DNA from: Eledone cirrhosa
Taxonomy: Eukaryota
NCBI GenBank assembly: GCA_964016885.1
Contig: OZ024741.1
Location: forward strand, 64,914,001 to 64,978,000
Direction: 5' to 3'
DNA length: 64,000 bases
Below, in pieces: positions 51,152 to 64,000 of the stretch. The notes under the pieces were generated by a model. The model made no database searches, had not been told where the DNA came from, and saw only the letters and a list, made by a program, of their open reading frames with translations. A program made the position numbers and the translations under genes. Within the stretch, counting starts at the first letter, position 1, and the number at the start of each line of letters is the position of its first letter.

Positions 51152-53972
51152 ACCAGAACAACCTGCCACCCTCTACACACCATCATAAACTGCGAGCAGG
51201 GTACAAATTGTTGTCCTTAAATGCTCGCAGTTTATGCAACAAGATACATCTGTTCGAATCCTACGTCAGAAGCATCGACCCTGACTTCATCACAGTCACG
51301 GAAACATGGGCACATTCCTTACTCTGTGATGGGGTTTTCAGCATTACTGGGTACAACCTTTTCCGCAAGGACCGCATTAACTGCCGTGGTGGTGGTGTGA
51401 TGGTCTACGTTCGTTCAAACTTTTCGGTAATTCCTTGCGTTGATTTGAACGAATCACAGGAAGAAGTTTTTTTCTGTGACATACGTATGACCATGTCAAC
51501 ACTTCTGCTTGGTGTTGTTTATCGCCCCCCAAACTACCATCAGGACACACAGCTTTGCGATATCCTCAGAGTTGCTGCCAAGAAAACAGCCACTTATGTG
51601 TTTATTGCAGGTGACTTCAATCATCCTGAGATCGATTGGGAAACCTTTCGTTGGCCACAAGGTTCAAACGATTTCCTTGAACTAGTGCTGGACTCAAACT
51701 GGTCACAAGTAGTCACCTCTCCAACAAGAGGTGACAACACTTTGGACCTGATCTTCACCACTACTCCTGAAGTGGTTATCAGTTATACTACTGAGGAACC
51801 TCTAGGCGACTCTGATCATGCTATTATCATTGCCAATCTGGCACTTGAGGGCAGCAACAAAAACCAGAGCCATCTCCAATCTGCTTGCTTTGATTGGAAG
51901 AGGGCGGATTGGAACTTGTACTGCACTGAGCTACAGCGCCCAAACTGGCATGAGATGTATAACTCTGGAGATGTGAACTCTATACTCCAGAGCATGCTGG
52001 ACTCAATATGGATAGCGTGTGCAGCATCAGTGCCACGGAAGCGGAAAAATAACCACCCCAAAAGTGCAATCTGGGAAACTCCAGCGGTCCGACTTGCCAG
52101 GAAAGAACGTCGGAACGCTGAACGGGAATATAAACTGCATAAATCAGATGCCAACAGAAAAAGCGGAATAAATCTTCTAACCATCTCAAGCAAGTGACAA
52201 AGAAGGCAGTGCTTGAATTTGAACAGTGCATCGCAACCAATCCTGACAGTAAGGTGTTCTGGAAATATGTTCATTCAAAGCAGAGACCTCACTCTCCAGT
52301 TGGTTCTCTTCGCAATCCCCACACAAGCCAGATCACTGACGATCCCAAGGAATGCGCAGAACTCATTGCTGAGTGCTTTGCAAGTATTTTTACTGTTGAA
52401 AACCAGAATGTACCATCTCCACCATCTCTAACATCAAATTCCATAACAACTATGGAATTTACACCTGCAATGTTGCGACGTCACCTTAAGAATAAGCGCA
52501 ACTATGCCTCCCCTGGTCTTGATGGTGTGACATACCTGCTTCTCAAACGTGGCGGGTATTTCCTTTTGCGCCAGCTTTCTTTCTTCTTTCAATACTGTCT
52601 CAACAATGGTGCTACTCCGGAGCAGTGGAAAACTGCCAGTGTCATTCCCCTGTTCAAAAAGGGCAACCGCATGTCACCTGTCAACTATCGTCCAGTCAGT
52701 CTTACTAGCTGTATGGCCAAACTGATGGAATCCTGTGTCAGAGAAACACTTTGGAACTTCTGGAGCTCTCACAGCCTCATCCGGCCCTCACAGTTTGGAT
52801 TTATCCCTAACTCCAGTTGCTGTGATCAGCTTATCGAGTTCCTTGAGGACATCACCCGGATCACTGACAGCGGCTCATGGGTGGATGTTGTTTACCTTGA
52901 CTTTGCTAAGGCTTTTAATTCTGTGCCACACAAAAGACTTATGGCAAAACTCTCTGCAATGGGTGTGAGGGATGATCTTTCCGACTGGTTGAAATCTTTC
53001 ATTCTCAGCCGAAAAGAAGTAGTCACGGTTCTAGGACAGCATTCTTCACCATATGAGATGTCATCTGGTGTACCACAGGGATCTGTTCTTGGTCCTCTTT
53101 TGTTTGTGGCATATATTAATGACATAGATGCCAACTTACAGAATGCCACGGTACTAAAATATGCAGATGACATCAAGCTGTACCTTGAAATCAAAAGGAC
53201 TGATCCTGAAATTTACAACTCTTTCCTACAATCAGACCTGGACACAATGCAGCAATGGATCACAGACTGGCAACTGAAGCTGGCTGTGGACAAGTGTACC
53301 ACCATGCATTTTGGAAGGAAAAAATCCAGCGTCCACATACTCCCTCCACAACACTGATATCAAAAAGTCCTCTTGTGAACGTGACCTGGGCATTACTGTC
53401 AGCAACGATTTGCGTTGGACAAAGCATGTCTCTAAGATTGTCAAGAAGGCCGAGGGTGTCTTGGCATCACTCAGCAAGACCTTTGTTAGCCGCTCTCCAG
53501 CCATCTATTTAAAACTGTATACAGCTATGGTACGACCACACTTTGAATTCGCATCATCAGTCTGGAACCCCTATCTTGCTCAGAACATTGACCTCCTGGA
53601 AACTGTTCAGAGACGTGCAACCAAGCGCATACCCTCCATCAGACACCTACCATACTCTGAACGCCTTGCTTCCCTGGGCATGGATTCATTGAAGCTCCGA
53701 CGTCTGGCAATGGACTTGGTGAATACCCACAAAGTTTTTAACCATCCGCCAATTGCAACCCTGAGCGCCTCTTTGATCTCCATGTGTCTAACACACGTGG
53801 ACATGCCTACAAGATCAGAAAACAGCACAGCTCCCATGACTTTCGTAGACATTTTTTCACGCTCAGAGTTGCTGAAGCATGGAACAAACTGCCTGCGTCA
53901 ATTGTTAGTTGCCGAGACACTGCATCCTTTAAGACACTCATGCTTCCCGAAATACGCCAAAACTACACCTGA
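51142..53972 (+). pseudogene. CR1 ORF2: AP endonuclease + reverse transcriptase; frameshifted
   Basis: Same motifs as the 32.3-35.1 kb copy; frameshifts near 52165, 53320 and 53745. Confidence 0.95.
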
Positions 53973-54248
53973 TGTACCCCTTCCATACACATGCACACGT
54001 GTGTATCATGACTCGTGCACTGTTCATTTTACTGATGTTTGTGCATTGCCCTATGTACTGTACATGCACTTTTTTGATGAGTTGTGGTGCACCTGGGCAC
54101 TGTACACAATATTTCATTATTGTTGTTGTTATTATATCATGACTCATACACTGTTCATTTTCCTGACATTTGTACATTATTCTATGTACTATACATGCAC
54201 CTTTGATGAGTTGTAGTGCACCTGAGCACTGTACACAATAATTTCATT

Positions 54249-54294
<46 letters not shown>

Positions 54295-54807
54295 TGTAGT
54301 TCATTGGAATACTCAACAAAATCTAATATCATGATATTCCATTCTTCCACAAAAAGAAAAACTGTTTTCACATATTTCGTTGGGATATTCATATTCATGC
54401 TACATGGAGTTTTAATAGTGTTATTGGTCATACTGTAGACAGGTAAATACCTGTGTATGTGTATATATATATATATATATACATATACAGATCTGTATCA
54501 GCAAGATGTGATCACCTGTCCCGACTTGTTTCATAATGTGATAACCCATCTCACAACATTGGTAAGACTGAGACTATGATAGAATATAGATGTAAATGGT
54601 GCCATGCATTGGGATCAAACCTGGAACCACATGGATGCAAAGCAAAATTCTTCATCACAAAGCCATGCTTGTGTCTTTGTATTAAGGTTACAAGACAGTA
54701 TGGCAGTAGCAAGGTTTATGCATCAATTTCAAAAACTTCTTTTTTTGTTTCCAAGAGTATTTTACCCAATATTCTCAACTAGTGATTAACTATTATTATG
54801 GTCATTT

Positions 54808-54995
54808 AGGGCGGTGAATTGGCGGTATCGGTAGAGGGTCGGACACCATGCTTTGACGCATAGAGTTACAGCCCTTGCCATTCTGAGTTCAAATCCCGCC
54901 GAGGTTAACTTTGCCTTTCAACCTTACGGGGTCGATAAAATAAAGTACCAGTAATGTACTGGGTAATTGCTGGCCTTGTGCCAATAGTAGAAACA
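54808..54995 (+). mobile_element. tRNA-derived SINE with 16-bp target-site duplication
   Basis: ATTATTATGGTCATTT at 54792-54807 and 54996-55011. Confidence 0.92.
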
Positions 54996-55899
54996 ATTAT
55001 TATGGTCATTTGTGTTGGGACACACATATTTTAAATGTTTTCAATACTTCATAAGTCAACAGTTTCTTTTTTAAGATTGTTACTGTTGCCACGTGTTTTT
55101 AAGAAGATTTCAGTTCAGCATTACAAGCTAATCAAGCATACTATGCCCCTGCTGAGCAAAGTAGTGTACACCAGTATCTCTAAGGTACCTATTACACACA
55201 AAAAGAGAAGAAATCTATTATAGTATTACTAATGTATAGGTTCCCTTATATGTTGCTACTATTGTTGGTAGCACATCAAACAAGAATTTTGGACCAAATA
55301 ATCTTACCTTTACCATTGTTACTATTATTGTTTAGCCCCAAGTCAACCATGACCAAGCAGACCTATGAACAAAAGCATTTCAGATAGGACCCTCCATTAT
55401 TTTTTAAGATAGTAGAGTGATCTTAGGGAGATTTAGCTGTTAATTGTAGCAAATTCAACAACCACATGGAGTAGCTGTGACCATCCCATCTTATTTTCAA
55501 GTATTGTGCATTTAGGATCATATAATTAAATAATTTTTTTCTTAATTTTTAAAGGTGTGATTTGACTGCAATTTTTAGCAGCTTGAATAACCATACAGAA
55601 GTACCCTGGTTTGCTTGTGTTTACTACTATATGTAGCCTGGCTAAGTGAGTCTCTATATCATTGATATATCAGTGGCACATCATGGCTGAACAATTAACA
55701 GCTTCACTTTGTGAATTAACTAGGATAGACAGAGACTAATTGGAAGTACTTTGGATGGACTGTGTCACAACCACGTCACACTGAACCTCCCTCAGAATAA
55801 CGGTAAAGGTTCACTTGCTTTGGTTGACTGAATGACTGGAAAAACCATCGTCAAAACTAATGGAGGTGCATTCATATCTCCGTTAGGACAAGCTGGCTT

Positions 55900-56050
55900 G
55901 GTAAAAAACAAGCAAAAGTCTAGATTTACACAGTTTTAGTAAAAAGCAAAGGTCTAAATTTACACAATGTTTTGGTAAAAATATACAAAGGTCTTGATTG
56001 ACACAATGTTTTGGTATAAACAAGCAAAGGTTTAGAGCTACACAATGAAA
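55900..56050. repeat. ~38-bp tandem repeat, about 4 copies
   Basis: AAGCAAAGGTCTAGATTTACACAATGTTTTGGTAAAAA-like units. Confidence 0.8.
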
Positions 56051-57184
56051 CACCTGCAATAGACACTGAAGAAGGTGCATCGCTTAGAGGTTAGGGTATT
56101 TGGATCACTATCAGAATATCATGAGCTTGATTCCTAACAGTGAGTTGTGTCATTGGGCAAGTCACTTTATTTCACATTACTCCCGTCAACTCAACAAAAA
56201 TTGCTTGTACCTCTAATTCAAAGGGCCAGCTTTGTCACACTTTGTGTTAAATTAAATCTCCCCGAGAATTGCATTAAATGTACTTTGTAGAATGCTCAGC
56301 CACTTGTATGTTCATTTCATGATCAGATTCTGTTGATCAAACAATCGGAACACTCATCATTGGAACAGACATTGCTAACACATACAAAAACACTGAAGTG
56401 AATATGTAATAAGAAAATATCTTAATATACAGATTAACATTTGAGAATGAGTAGTTTTATATCATAAATCCAGGGCAGTTCCAGGTGGTTTGCTATCAAA
56501 AGGGTTAAGTGGCATTTGAAGAGAGCTAAAGTTGAGAGGGAGATGCTGCTCTTCAGCGTATTTTATGAAAGGTGGGTGAGAACAACGAGACTGATGAGGT
56601 TAAATGGGCTTGGGCTAATTAATCAATTGGAAACAGGACAAGAAATTGGGAGGGGGAAATTTTGATGCCATTAATCATAGAACAAGGGAAAATAGCCACC
56701 ATAGTGTTTCTTACCCATGATAATCAAAAACAGATCATTTATCTGAAGAAGTTTCTTATTTCACTCTCTGACGATAGCTTATCTGACTTTAATAGAAAGT
56801 GTTCCTTTTTCAGGTGGCACGTGCCATGCTTTCCATAGCCTATTAATGCAGCAGAGTAATTCAGGACTGCCAAATTATCATAGGTGGGATTTTTGCCCTA
56901 TGACTGGTGATCTTTTCTTTTGGCTATTATATAGTTATCTGTGCTTTTTTTTTATTTTTGCCTTTTTTCTTAATGTAAAATCCTCATCACGTTTGATGTT
57001 TTTTCATTTTTGTACCTTTCTGAATGTCTTGAAACCTTGTGGCTAATTATCATCATCATCATCATTATCATTATGATTTTACATCCATCCTTCCATTCTT
57101 GCATGGATTCGATGTGTCTTTTCCAGGACAGCCTCCCTCCACTGGTATTATTATTACTGTATCATTATTATATTATTATATATA

Positions 57185-57635
57185 AGGTTAGTGGATTGGC
57201 AGAATCATTAAGTGTCAAACAAATGCCTAGCCGTATGTGTTCTAGGTCTTTACTTTCTGAGTTCAAATCTTGTCCAGGTCAACTTTGCTTTTTATCCTTT
57301 CAGGGTCAATAAAATATAGTACCAGTCAAGTACTGAGATCAATATGATTGACTTTCCCTTCCCTCCACATTGCTGGCCTTGTCTTTAAATTAGAAGCTGT
57401 TATTATTTATTACAAGAGCGGTGAATTGGCAGTACTGGTAGTGTTGGACACTATGCTTCATGGCATAGTTATGTCCCTTTATGTTCTGAGTACAAATTCT
57501 GCCGAGGTTAGCTTTGCCTTGCATCCTTACAGGGTTGATAAAATAAGTACCAGTCACACACTGAGGTCGATTTAATCAGCTTTCACCTTCCTCCAAACAA
57601 CTGGCCTTGTGTCTAAATCAGAAACCATTATTTAT
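57185..57635 (+). mobile_element. Two tandem older SINEs
   Basis: Two head-central-tail units, more diverged than the dominant copies. Confidence 0.8.
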
Positions 57636-58417
57636 TATATTTTTAACAAAGCTAAAGTTATCTGTGTATACAACACTTTACAGAGAACTCTGCTAGATAA
57701 ATATAGAGGCGGTGGGGGTGGTAGTGGGGAACATGTAAACACACACACACACTCATGAATACATAAAGGTACGAGAGAGTATATGAAAGAGATAGATAGA
57801 TAGAAAGAAATATAGGGAGGGTTGGAGAGAGAGATATTGTAAGGGAATATATAATTAGAAACTGACATAGATCTTTAATAGAGATTGGTAGCCAGGAGAT
57901 GACATAGACATGAAGGCTATGGAGAGGTTGTGCTTCTGAAATATTCAACAATATTGATATTTACAATGCATATATACACAAACTGATCAAAAACTTTGGA
58001 CTCTCACAATAGGTCGAGTGTGTGTGTGTATGTGTGTGTTTAAAGTCTGTTTCAAACCCTGAGGCTAATCAGGCTGGTGCTTATCATGGTTTCTGTGGCA
58101 TTAAGCGACTGAGAGTAAAAGACTTCCCCTGGACAGGACACCAGTCCATTGCAGGGTTAAACTCCCAGCTACTGCTGTTACTCATTTTCAGCTGAGTATA
58201 CTGGAGCAACAAGAAGTGAAGTGTTTTGTTCAAGAACGCAACACACAACTCAGTCCAGGAATCAAACCTACGACATTATGATTGTAAGTTCAATACCCTT
58301 AACATTAAGCCTGCACCTCCAGATATGTGTATATATATATATATACTTGGAAGGCATGTATGTATGCATTCATGCTTGTGTATGTGTGTGTGTTTATATA
58401 TATATATATTATATATA

Positions 58418-60405
58418 TTTCGGAGATAGTTGCTGAGATGTTGAAGGCATTTCGAATGGTGGGACTTAGTATGGTCACCCATATAGTTAACCAAGTAATA
58501 CAGAACGAGGCCATACCAAAAGACTGGCGTAGCAGCAGCATCATTAACTGCTACAAGAGTAAAGGGGAGACTCTAGATAGGGGAAACTATAGAGGCATTA
58601 AGTTAGTTGACCAGGTCACAGAAAGAGTTACAGCGCAACTAATCAGAGAGCGAATTGATCTAGATGAAATGCAGTTTGGGTTTGTGTCAGGTAAAAGTAC
58701 CACAGACGCTCTTTTCCTTCTACGACAACTACAGGAGAAGTACCTAGCTAAAAGTAAACCCCTCTACTTAGCTTTTGTAGACCTGGAGAAAGCCTTTGAC
58801 AGAGTCCCCCGCTCCATTATCTGGTGGGCTCTTAGAAAACTAGGTGTAGATGAATGGCTTGTGAGAGCTATACAAGCTATGTATAAAGAAACAGTCAGTA
58901 AGGTTAGAATTAACAATGAATATTGTGAGAATTTAGTGTAAAAGTTGGTGTTCATCAAGGCTTTGTCCTTAGCCCCACTCCTATTTATTATTGCCCTTCA
59001 GGCTATAACAGAGGAGTTTAAGAGCGGCTGCCCAAGGGAACTCCTATACGCAGATGATCTAACTACATAGCTGAATCTATGGCTGAACTAGAGATGAAAT
59101 TCCAAACATGGAAGCATGGCCTAGAATCAAAAGGCCTTAAAGTTAACTTGTCTAAGACTAAAGTTCTAGTTTGTAGAAAGGAAAATAGAGCACAGGTGCC
59201 CTCAGGGAAATGGTCATGCTCAGTGTGTAGGAAAGGAGTAGGCAGAAATTCCATTTTATGTCCCAAATGCAAACTATGGGTACATAAAAGATGTGGGATC
59301 ACAGGTAAACTATCTAAGAATGTAGATTTTATATGTGGCCGATGCTCAGGTGCAATAAGTAGCAAGTGCCCACAGGATACTAGCTCCTTCTATTGCCAAG
59401 ATGGTTCTATAGAAATAGTGGACACTTTCCATTATCTGGGTGACAAAATCAGCAGTGGTGGAGGCTGCTCTGAAAGTACAGTAGCCAGAGTCAGAACGGG
59501 ATAGAAAAAGTTCATAGAGTTTATACCGCTGTTGGCCACAAAAGGTTTCTCTCTAAAAATGAAAGGCAGATGATGCCTGTATACGAACAGCAATGCTACA
59601 TGGCAGTGAGACATGGGCATTGCGTGCAGAGGACCTGCACAGACTGGAAAGGAACGAAGCATGCATGCTCCGTTGGATGTGTAATAGTAATATATGTGAA
59701 CGGCAAAGCATAAATGAACTAAGTGAGAAATTAGGAATAAGAGGGATCAGTTGCTGTTTACTTGAGCGAAGACTATGTTGGTATGGTCACGTGATGCGCA
59801 AGAAAGACGACAGCTGTATAAAAAAGTGCAGGGCAATCAAAATTGATGGTAGTTACGGAGTAGGTAGACCCAGAAAAACCTGGGACGATTTGATAAATTC
59901 CGACCTTACACACTTGCCCCTCTCTAGGACAATGTCACTGGCCCGAGATCTTTGGCGCTACGCAATAATACAGAAGACCCGCCTTGCCTATGTACAAAGC
60001 GAAACCTACAGTCAGTAGGCACCTCTTAACCAAATATACACCCCATTCCACTACCCCTACCCTATCCTCCCACTCCCACTAACATCACCCTCTCTCTGTA
60101 AAGTTGGTACCACAACATCCAGTCCAAATAAATGAGATAATGAGATCAAGATCGTCTGTCACGACATAAAAACCAAAAAAACACAGTCCATGCTATAATG
60201 TGGCCATGTAGGTAACACGGTAAAAAGTTCCCAGTTCCACACTGTAAATGTGGTTGGTGTTAGGAAGGGCATCCAGCCATAGAAAACCTGCCAGATAGAC
60301 CTATATGAGCGAGACACGGTCACCCGACCAACCTTGCCTCAAGTGGGACAACTCCCGTCTAACCCATGCTAGCATGGAAAATAGACGTGAAACAAAGATG
60401 ATGAT
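58418..60405 (+). mobile_element. 5'-truncated RTE LINE, degenerate
   Basis: RT, PHD-like finger and 3' UTR homologous to 26189-28295; multiple stops and frameshifts. Confidence 0.95.
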
Positions 60406-61276
60406 GATATATATAATTTGTATGTATGTATGTATGTATGTATGTATGGATGGATGGATTGATGTGTATATATTGAAGGCACATGCCTCAGTGAATTGCA
60501 TGCTTGTCTGATGATTCATTCAGCTGGAGAAAAATGAGTTGTATCTGTATTTCAAAGCATCAGTCATGTTACACACTGTGTCACACTGAATCTTTCTGAA
60601 AATTACACAAAGGGTATACATATCTGTGGAATGCTCTGCCACTTGCAAGTTAATCATTTCAGGACAGGAAGAGACTGTTCCATTGGTTAAACAACTGGCA
60701 CACTTATAGTCAGAACTGATGGAGGTGCAGCACATACACACACATGCACTTGTGCAGCACAGTTCAAGTCAGTTCTCATTCGGAGCTATTGCCCTTCAAG
60801 AAGAGTTAGAGGATCAAGTGCTTGTGTATTATAGTTTTGCCATGGTTTCTTATGACTGAATGTACTTCCTAATGCCAAAAACTTTACATATTTTACTGAA
60901 TGCATTTTATCATGGCAATAATACTTTCATTTTACAGAGCATACTGGGTACATTTTATCATGGCACCAGCACTACCACTTTACAGAGCATACTGGGTGCA
61001 TTTTATCATGGCAGCAGCACTAGCATGTTTCTGAGAATATTGTATCCATTTTACTGTGGCAACAGTACTATCACTTTACAGAGCACACTGGGTGAATTTT
61101 ATCATGGCATCAGCATTAGTGAGGCTGTCCTGTATCCGTATTCTACATTGTCTTCATTTATACAAGGGTCAAAATGACAAAAAAATTTAAGTATGATGGG
61201 AGAAATATGACGTTTGGGGGAGAGGGGAGAAGTCAGAGGAGGAATTAATGGGTAAAAGGCAATGGGGTGAGAAGAG

Positions 61277-61372
61277 GGGGTAATGGCAAAGACACTGTGG
61301 AAGAGAGAGAGGAGGTAATGGCAAAGACACTGTGGAAGAGAGGGTAATGGCAAAGACACTGTGGAAGAGAGA
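61277..61372. repeat. ~30-bp tandem repeat, 3 copies
   Basis: GGTAATGGCAAAGACACTGTGGAAGAGAGA units. Confidence 0.9.
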
Positions 61373-62848
61373 GTCATAAGGGAAGAAGGTGAAGAGCGAG
61401 TATGATGGCAGACAAAATGTAGAGAAGTAATAGAGGAGAGATAGTGCAGGTAATAATGATTTCTAATTTATCATATATATATGTGTGTGTGCATGTGTGA
61501 GTGTGTGTACTTTTTACCAATATATATCAGCAGATGTAAATATTAGTGCAAAAACAAAAAAAAACAAAAATGAAGAACCAGTGATTATGAATACATATAT
61601 GTTTCACCCTCACTTCACAGCCTCTTCCTTGTCACCCTTGATATCAGAAATGCACTGAACACATGATTTGCTCATTGGAAATATGTAATCACCAATGTGA
61701 TACAAAATAAACAAATAAATGCCAACTTTCAATATATCAGCTTAGAAAAGCTAATCATAATCTTCTTTCTAATTGAATTGATGATCTTCTCTAGGCTTAG
61801 ATCTCCTCAGCCAATAGCATATCTCTCTATCTCCACACACACACAAAATTACTCTTGGCTCTGTGGGTAGCTCTTTCTTAGAATATTGATTATTATACAT
61901 TTTCAATTCTCTAATTCTCAAACAATGACCTCCAAGATATCGAGGACATATTTTTATACTAATCCCAATAGACTAGACACTTTTTGTTGATCAGCTCAGC
62001 TAAAGACTTAACATACATACATACAAAGAAAAAAAATCCCCATCTGTAATACCTTAGCATGAAGTAATCTAACTTATGGTGCAAGCTCTCACACATTTGT
62101 TTTCTTTTCTTCCTTCTCTATTCATCGTCATTTAGTATCCGTCTTCCTACTAGCAAGGCTTGGACAGGTCTACATAACATCACAGACAGAATCAGTACTC
62201 AAGTGAAGCTACAGAACTCTAAGATGAGCCAAAGGACTGTATCTTGTCCCCGTTCTCTAATGAATGTTCAAATGGGCTGGGAGCCTGCATCTTGCTTACA
62301 TAGATTCCAACACTAGCTCTTTGATACAGCTAAAGATTCCTCCAAACCTTTTGTTTGGTAAGTTTTCTGTGGCTGGATACCCTTCCTATCACCAACCACT
62401 TTACAGAGTGTACTGGATATATTGTGTAGACCACAAACATTAAAGAGGTTGTCATGTTTTTGACACAATAGAAGAGTCCTTCCAACCTTTTATTTTTTAG
62501 AATTTTCATTGCTTGGTCAAGGATGGATGGCTAGTGCCAATAACCTATTATATTTCAGAGCCACTGAGACTGATGGGAGGAATATATCCTCAAAGAAGAG
62601 ATGTGTCTCAAATTCTAGCAACAAAGTTAACTGCTAAAGTCACCCAAGGACCAAGTGATGAACGTTTAACCCAGCAATAGATTAAGTCTCCCACATAGAA
62701 AAAAATGTATCCATTTAGCTCTTAAGTAGTCTACATGCTGCATGGAACCATGCAACAATTGTTGAAGGTCTCGTGAATTATTTATTTGATTATTGTTTTT
62801 CTCAATAACTATTTGCTATGACCACACACGTATAAATGTATATTATCT

Positions 62849-63040
62849 CGGTGAATTGGCAGTATCGGTAGAGGGTTGGATGCCATGCTTTGATGCATAG
62901 AGTTACGGCCCTTACCATTCTGAGTTCAAATCCCGCCGAGGTTAACTTTGCCTTTCATCCTTACGGGGGTCGATAAAATAAAGTACCAGTAATGTACTGG
63001 GTAATTGCTGGCCTTGTGCCAATAGTAGAAACAATTATCT
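62849..63040 (+). mobile_element. tRNA-derived SINE
   Basis: Full copy of the dominant family; ATTATCT flanks both ends. Confidence 0.9.
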
Positions 63041-63106
63041 ATTTATCAGTTTGTTTTGATACACACACACACACAGAAGATATATATATATATATATATG
63101 TGTATA

Positions 63107-63655
63107 ATTAGCAGTAGAGGAAGATGCTTCTAGAGCATAGTAGCCAGAATAAAGACAGGATGAAAGAAGTTTAGGGAGCTACTACCTCTGTCGACAACAA
63201 AAGGTTTCTTCCTACGAATGAAAGGTTGGCTGTATAATGCCTGTAGGCGAAGTGTGATATTACGCATGGTGGTGAAACATGGGCAATGAACGCAAAGGAA
63301 ATGTTAAGGCTGGAGAGAAATGAAGCAAGCATGCTTCAATGTGTGAGAACAACAAACCATTGATAAACTGAAAGAAAAACTGGGTATCCAAGGACTTAAA
63401 TGTAGTGTGCAAGAGAGGGGACTGCAATGGTATGGACAATAATCGCTAGATGAAGAAGTACCAAGTAATCCCAGTGGAGGGAAGCTGCAGTAGAGGAAGA
63501 TCAAGGAAAACCTGGGAAGAGGTGGTTACAGCTGATCTCAAACCACAGAAGCTTACAGAGGATATGTCACAGGAAATGTGACAAATGGAGAAATGCTGTA
63601 CTGAGAAGGACCCATCCAACCCATGCAAGCATGGAACAGTGGATATGAAATGATA
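63107..63655 (+). mobile_element. Old RTE LINE 3' fragment
   Basis: Decayed ISS.G.C...VARI.TG.KKFREL...ETWAMNA..LERNEASM...GRSRKTWEE and RTE tail. Confidence 0.8.
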
Positions 63656-64000
63656 ATTATGTATACATACACATGCAAATATACATACACACCATATATA
63701 CCCATTTATAAGCCATACCAATGAGTATGTCATGCTGGTGTTTTGCATTGCATTTTTCTGGTGCGACTTATAAACAGATATATATATATAAGCAGTCACA
63801 CTAACAGTTGTGTATGAAGGCATATGTAATAAGTTTAAGTTTTAAACTAATATGGCTCACTATGAATATTTTAAGCTGTGATCATGTCACAGCTATCTCA
63901 GTAGCCATGTGAGAATGCTAGGCACTAAGTGTTTCAGGATTTTTATCCATCATCAGTGACATTTACTCACTCAATAGATAAAAATCCTAAAACACGTGTC

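Larger units (their letters stand above)
49667..54263 (+). mobile_element. Full-length CR1-like LINE
   Basis: 5' UTR (start uncertain, follows a (GAAAAA)n run), ORF1, ORF2, duplicated 3' UTR and (ATT)n tail. Confidence 0.9.

Noticed and set aside
54300-54442. Hydrophobic frame (FVGIFIFMLHGVLIVLLVIL*) near an AG|GTAAAT donor
   Set aside because: All frames from the candidate acceptor contain stops; hydrophobicity is expected from T-rich DNA.
56768-56805. CTGACGATAGCT...GAAAG resembling the 31-kb hammerhead
   Set aside because: Stems I-III do not pair; the match is only ~12 nt.
60890-61110. Regularly spaced repeats resembling a CRISPR array
   Set aside because: Units are degenerate tandem copies without unique spacers; eukaryotic context and no cas genes.

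Overview
This is AT-rich eukaryotic, repeat-dense DNA, not a prokaryotic region. The (TA)n/(CA)n/(TATG)n microsatellites and the SINE/RTE/CR1 repertoire suggest intronic or intergenic sequence of an octopus-like cephalopod (inference). No intact host protein-coding gene can be supported; only a few weak exon candidates were seen. Nearly all long ORFs belong to non-LTR retrotransposons: a near full-length RTE element (minus, ~16.5-20.3 kb) with several truncated copies, a full-length CR1-like element (~49.7-54.3 kb) with a truncated second copy, Expander/Rex3-like RTE fragments, and a CRE-clade endonuclease fragment. There is also a hAT transposase relic, many tRNA-derived SINEs, and mariner-, pogo-, piggyBac- and Helitron-type non-autonomous elements. 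The most interesting signals are: (1) a non-coding 431-bp unit present as ~1.5 direct copies with a minimal type I hammerhead ribozyme (retrozyme/Penelope-like, 30.7-31.4 kb), plus related decayed hammerhead motifs elsewhere; (2) a conserved G-GGA-AAC-TAA -1 slippery site joining CR1 ORF1 to an ATG-less ORF2 in two diverged copies; (3) an inverted duplicate that preserves the empty site of the full-length RTE. Repeat boundaries were read by eye and are approximate.
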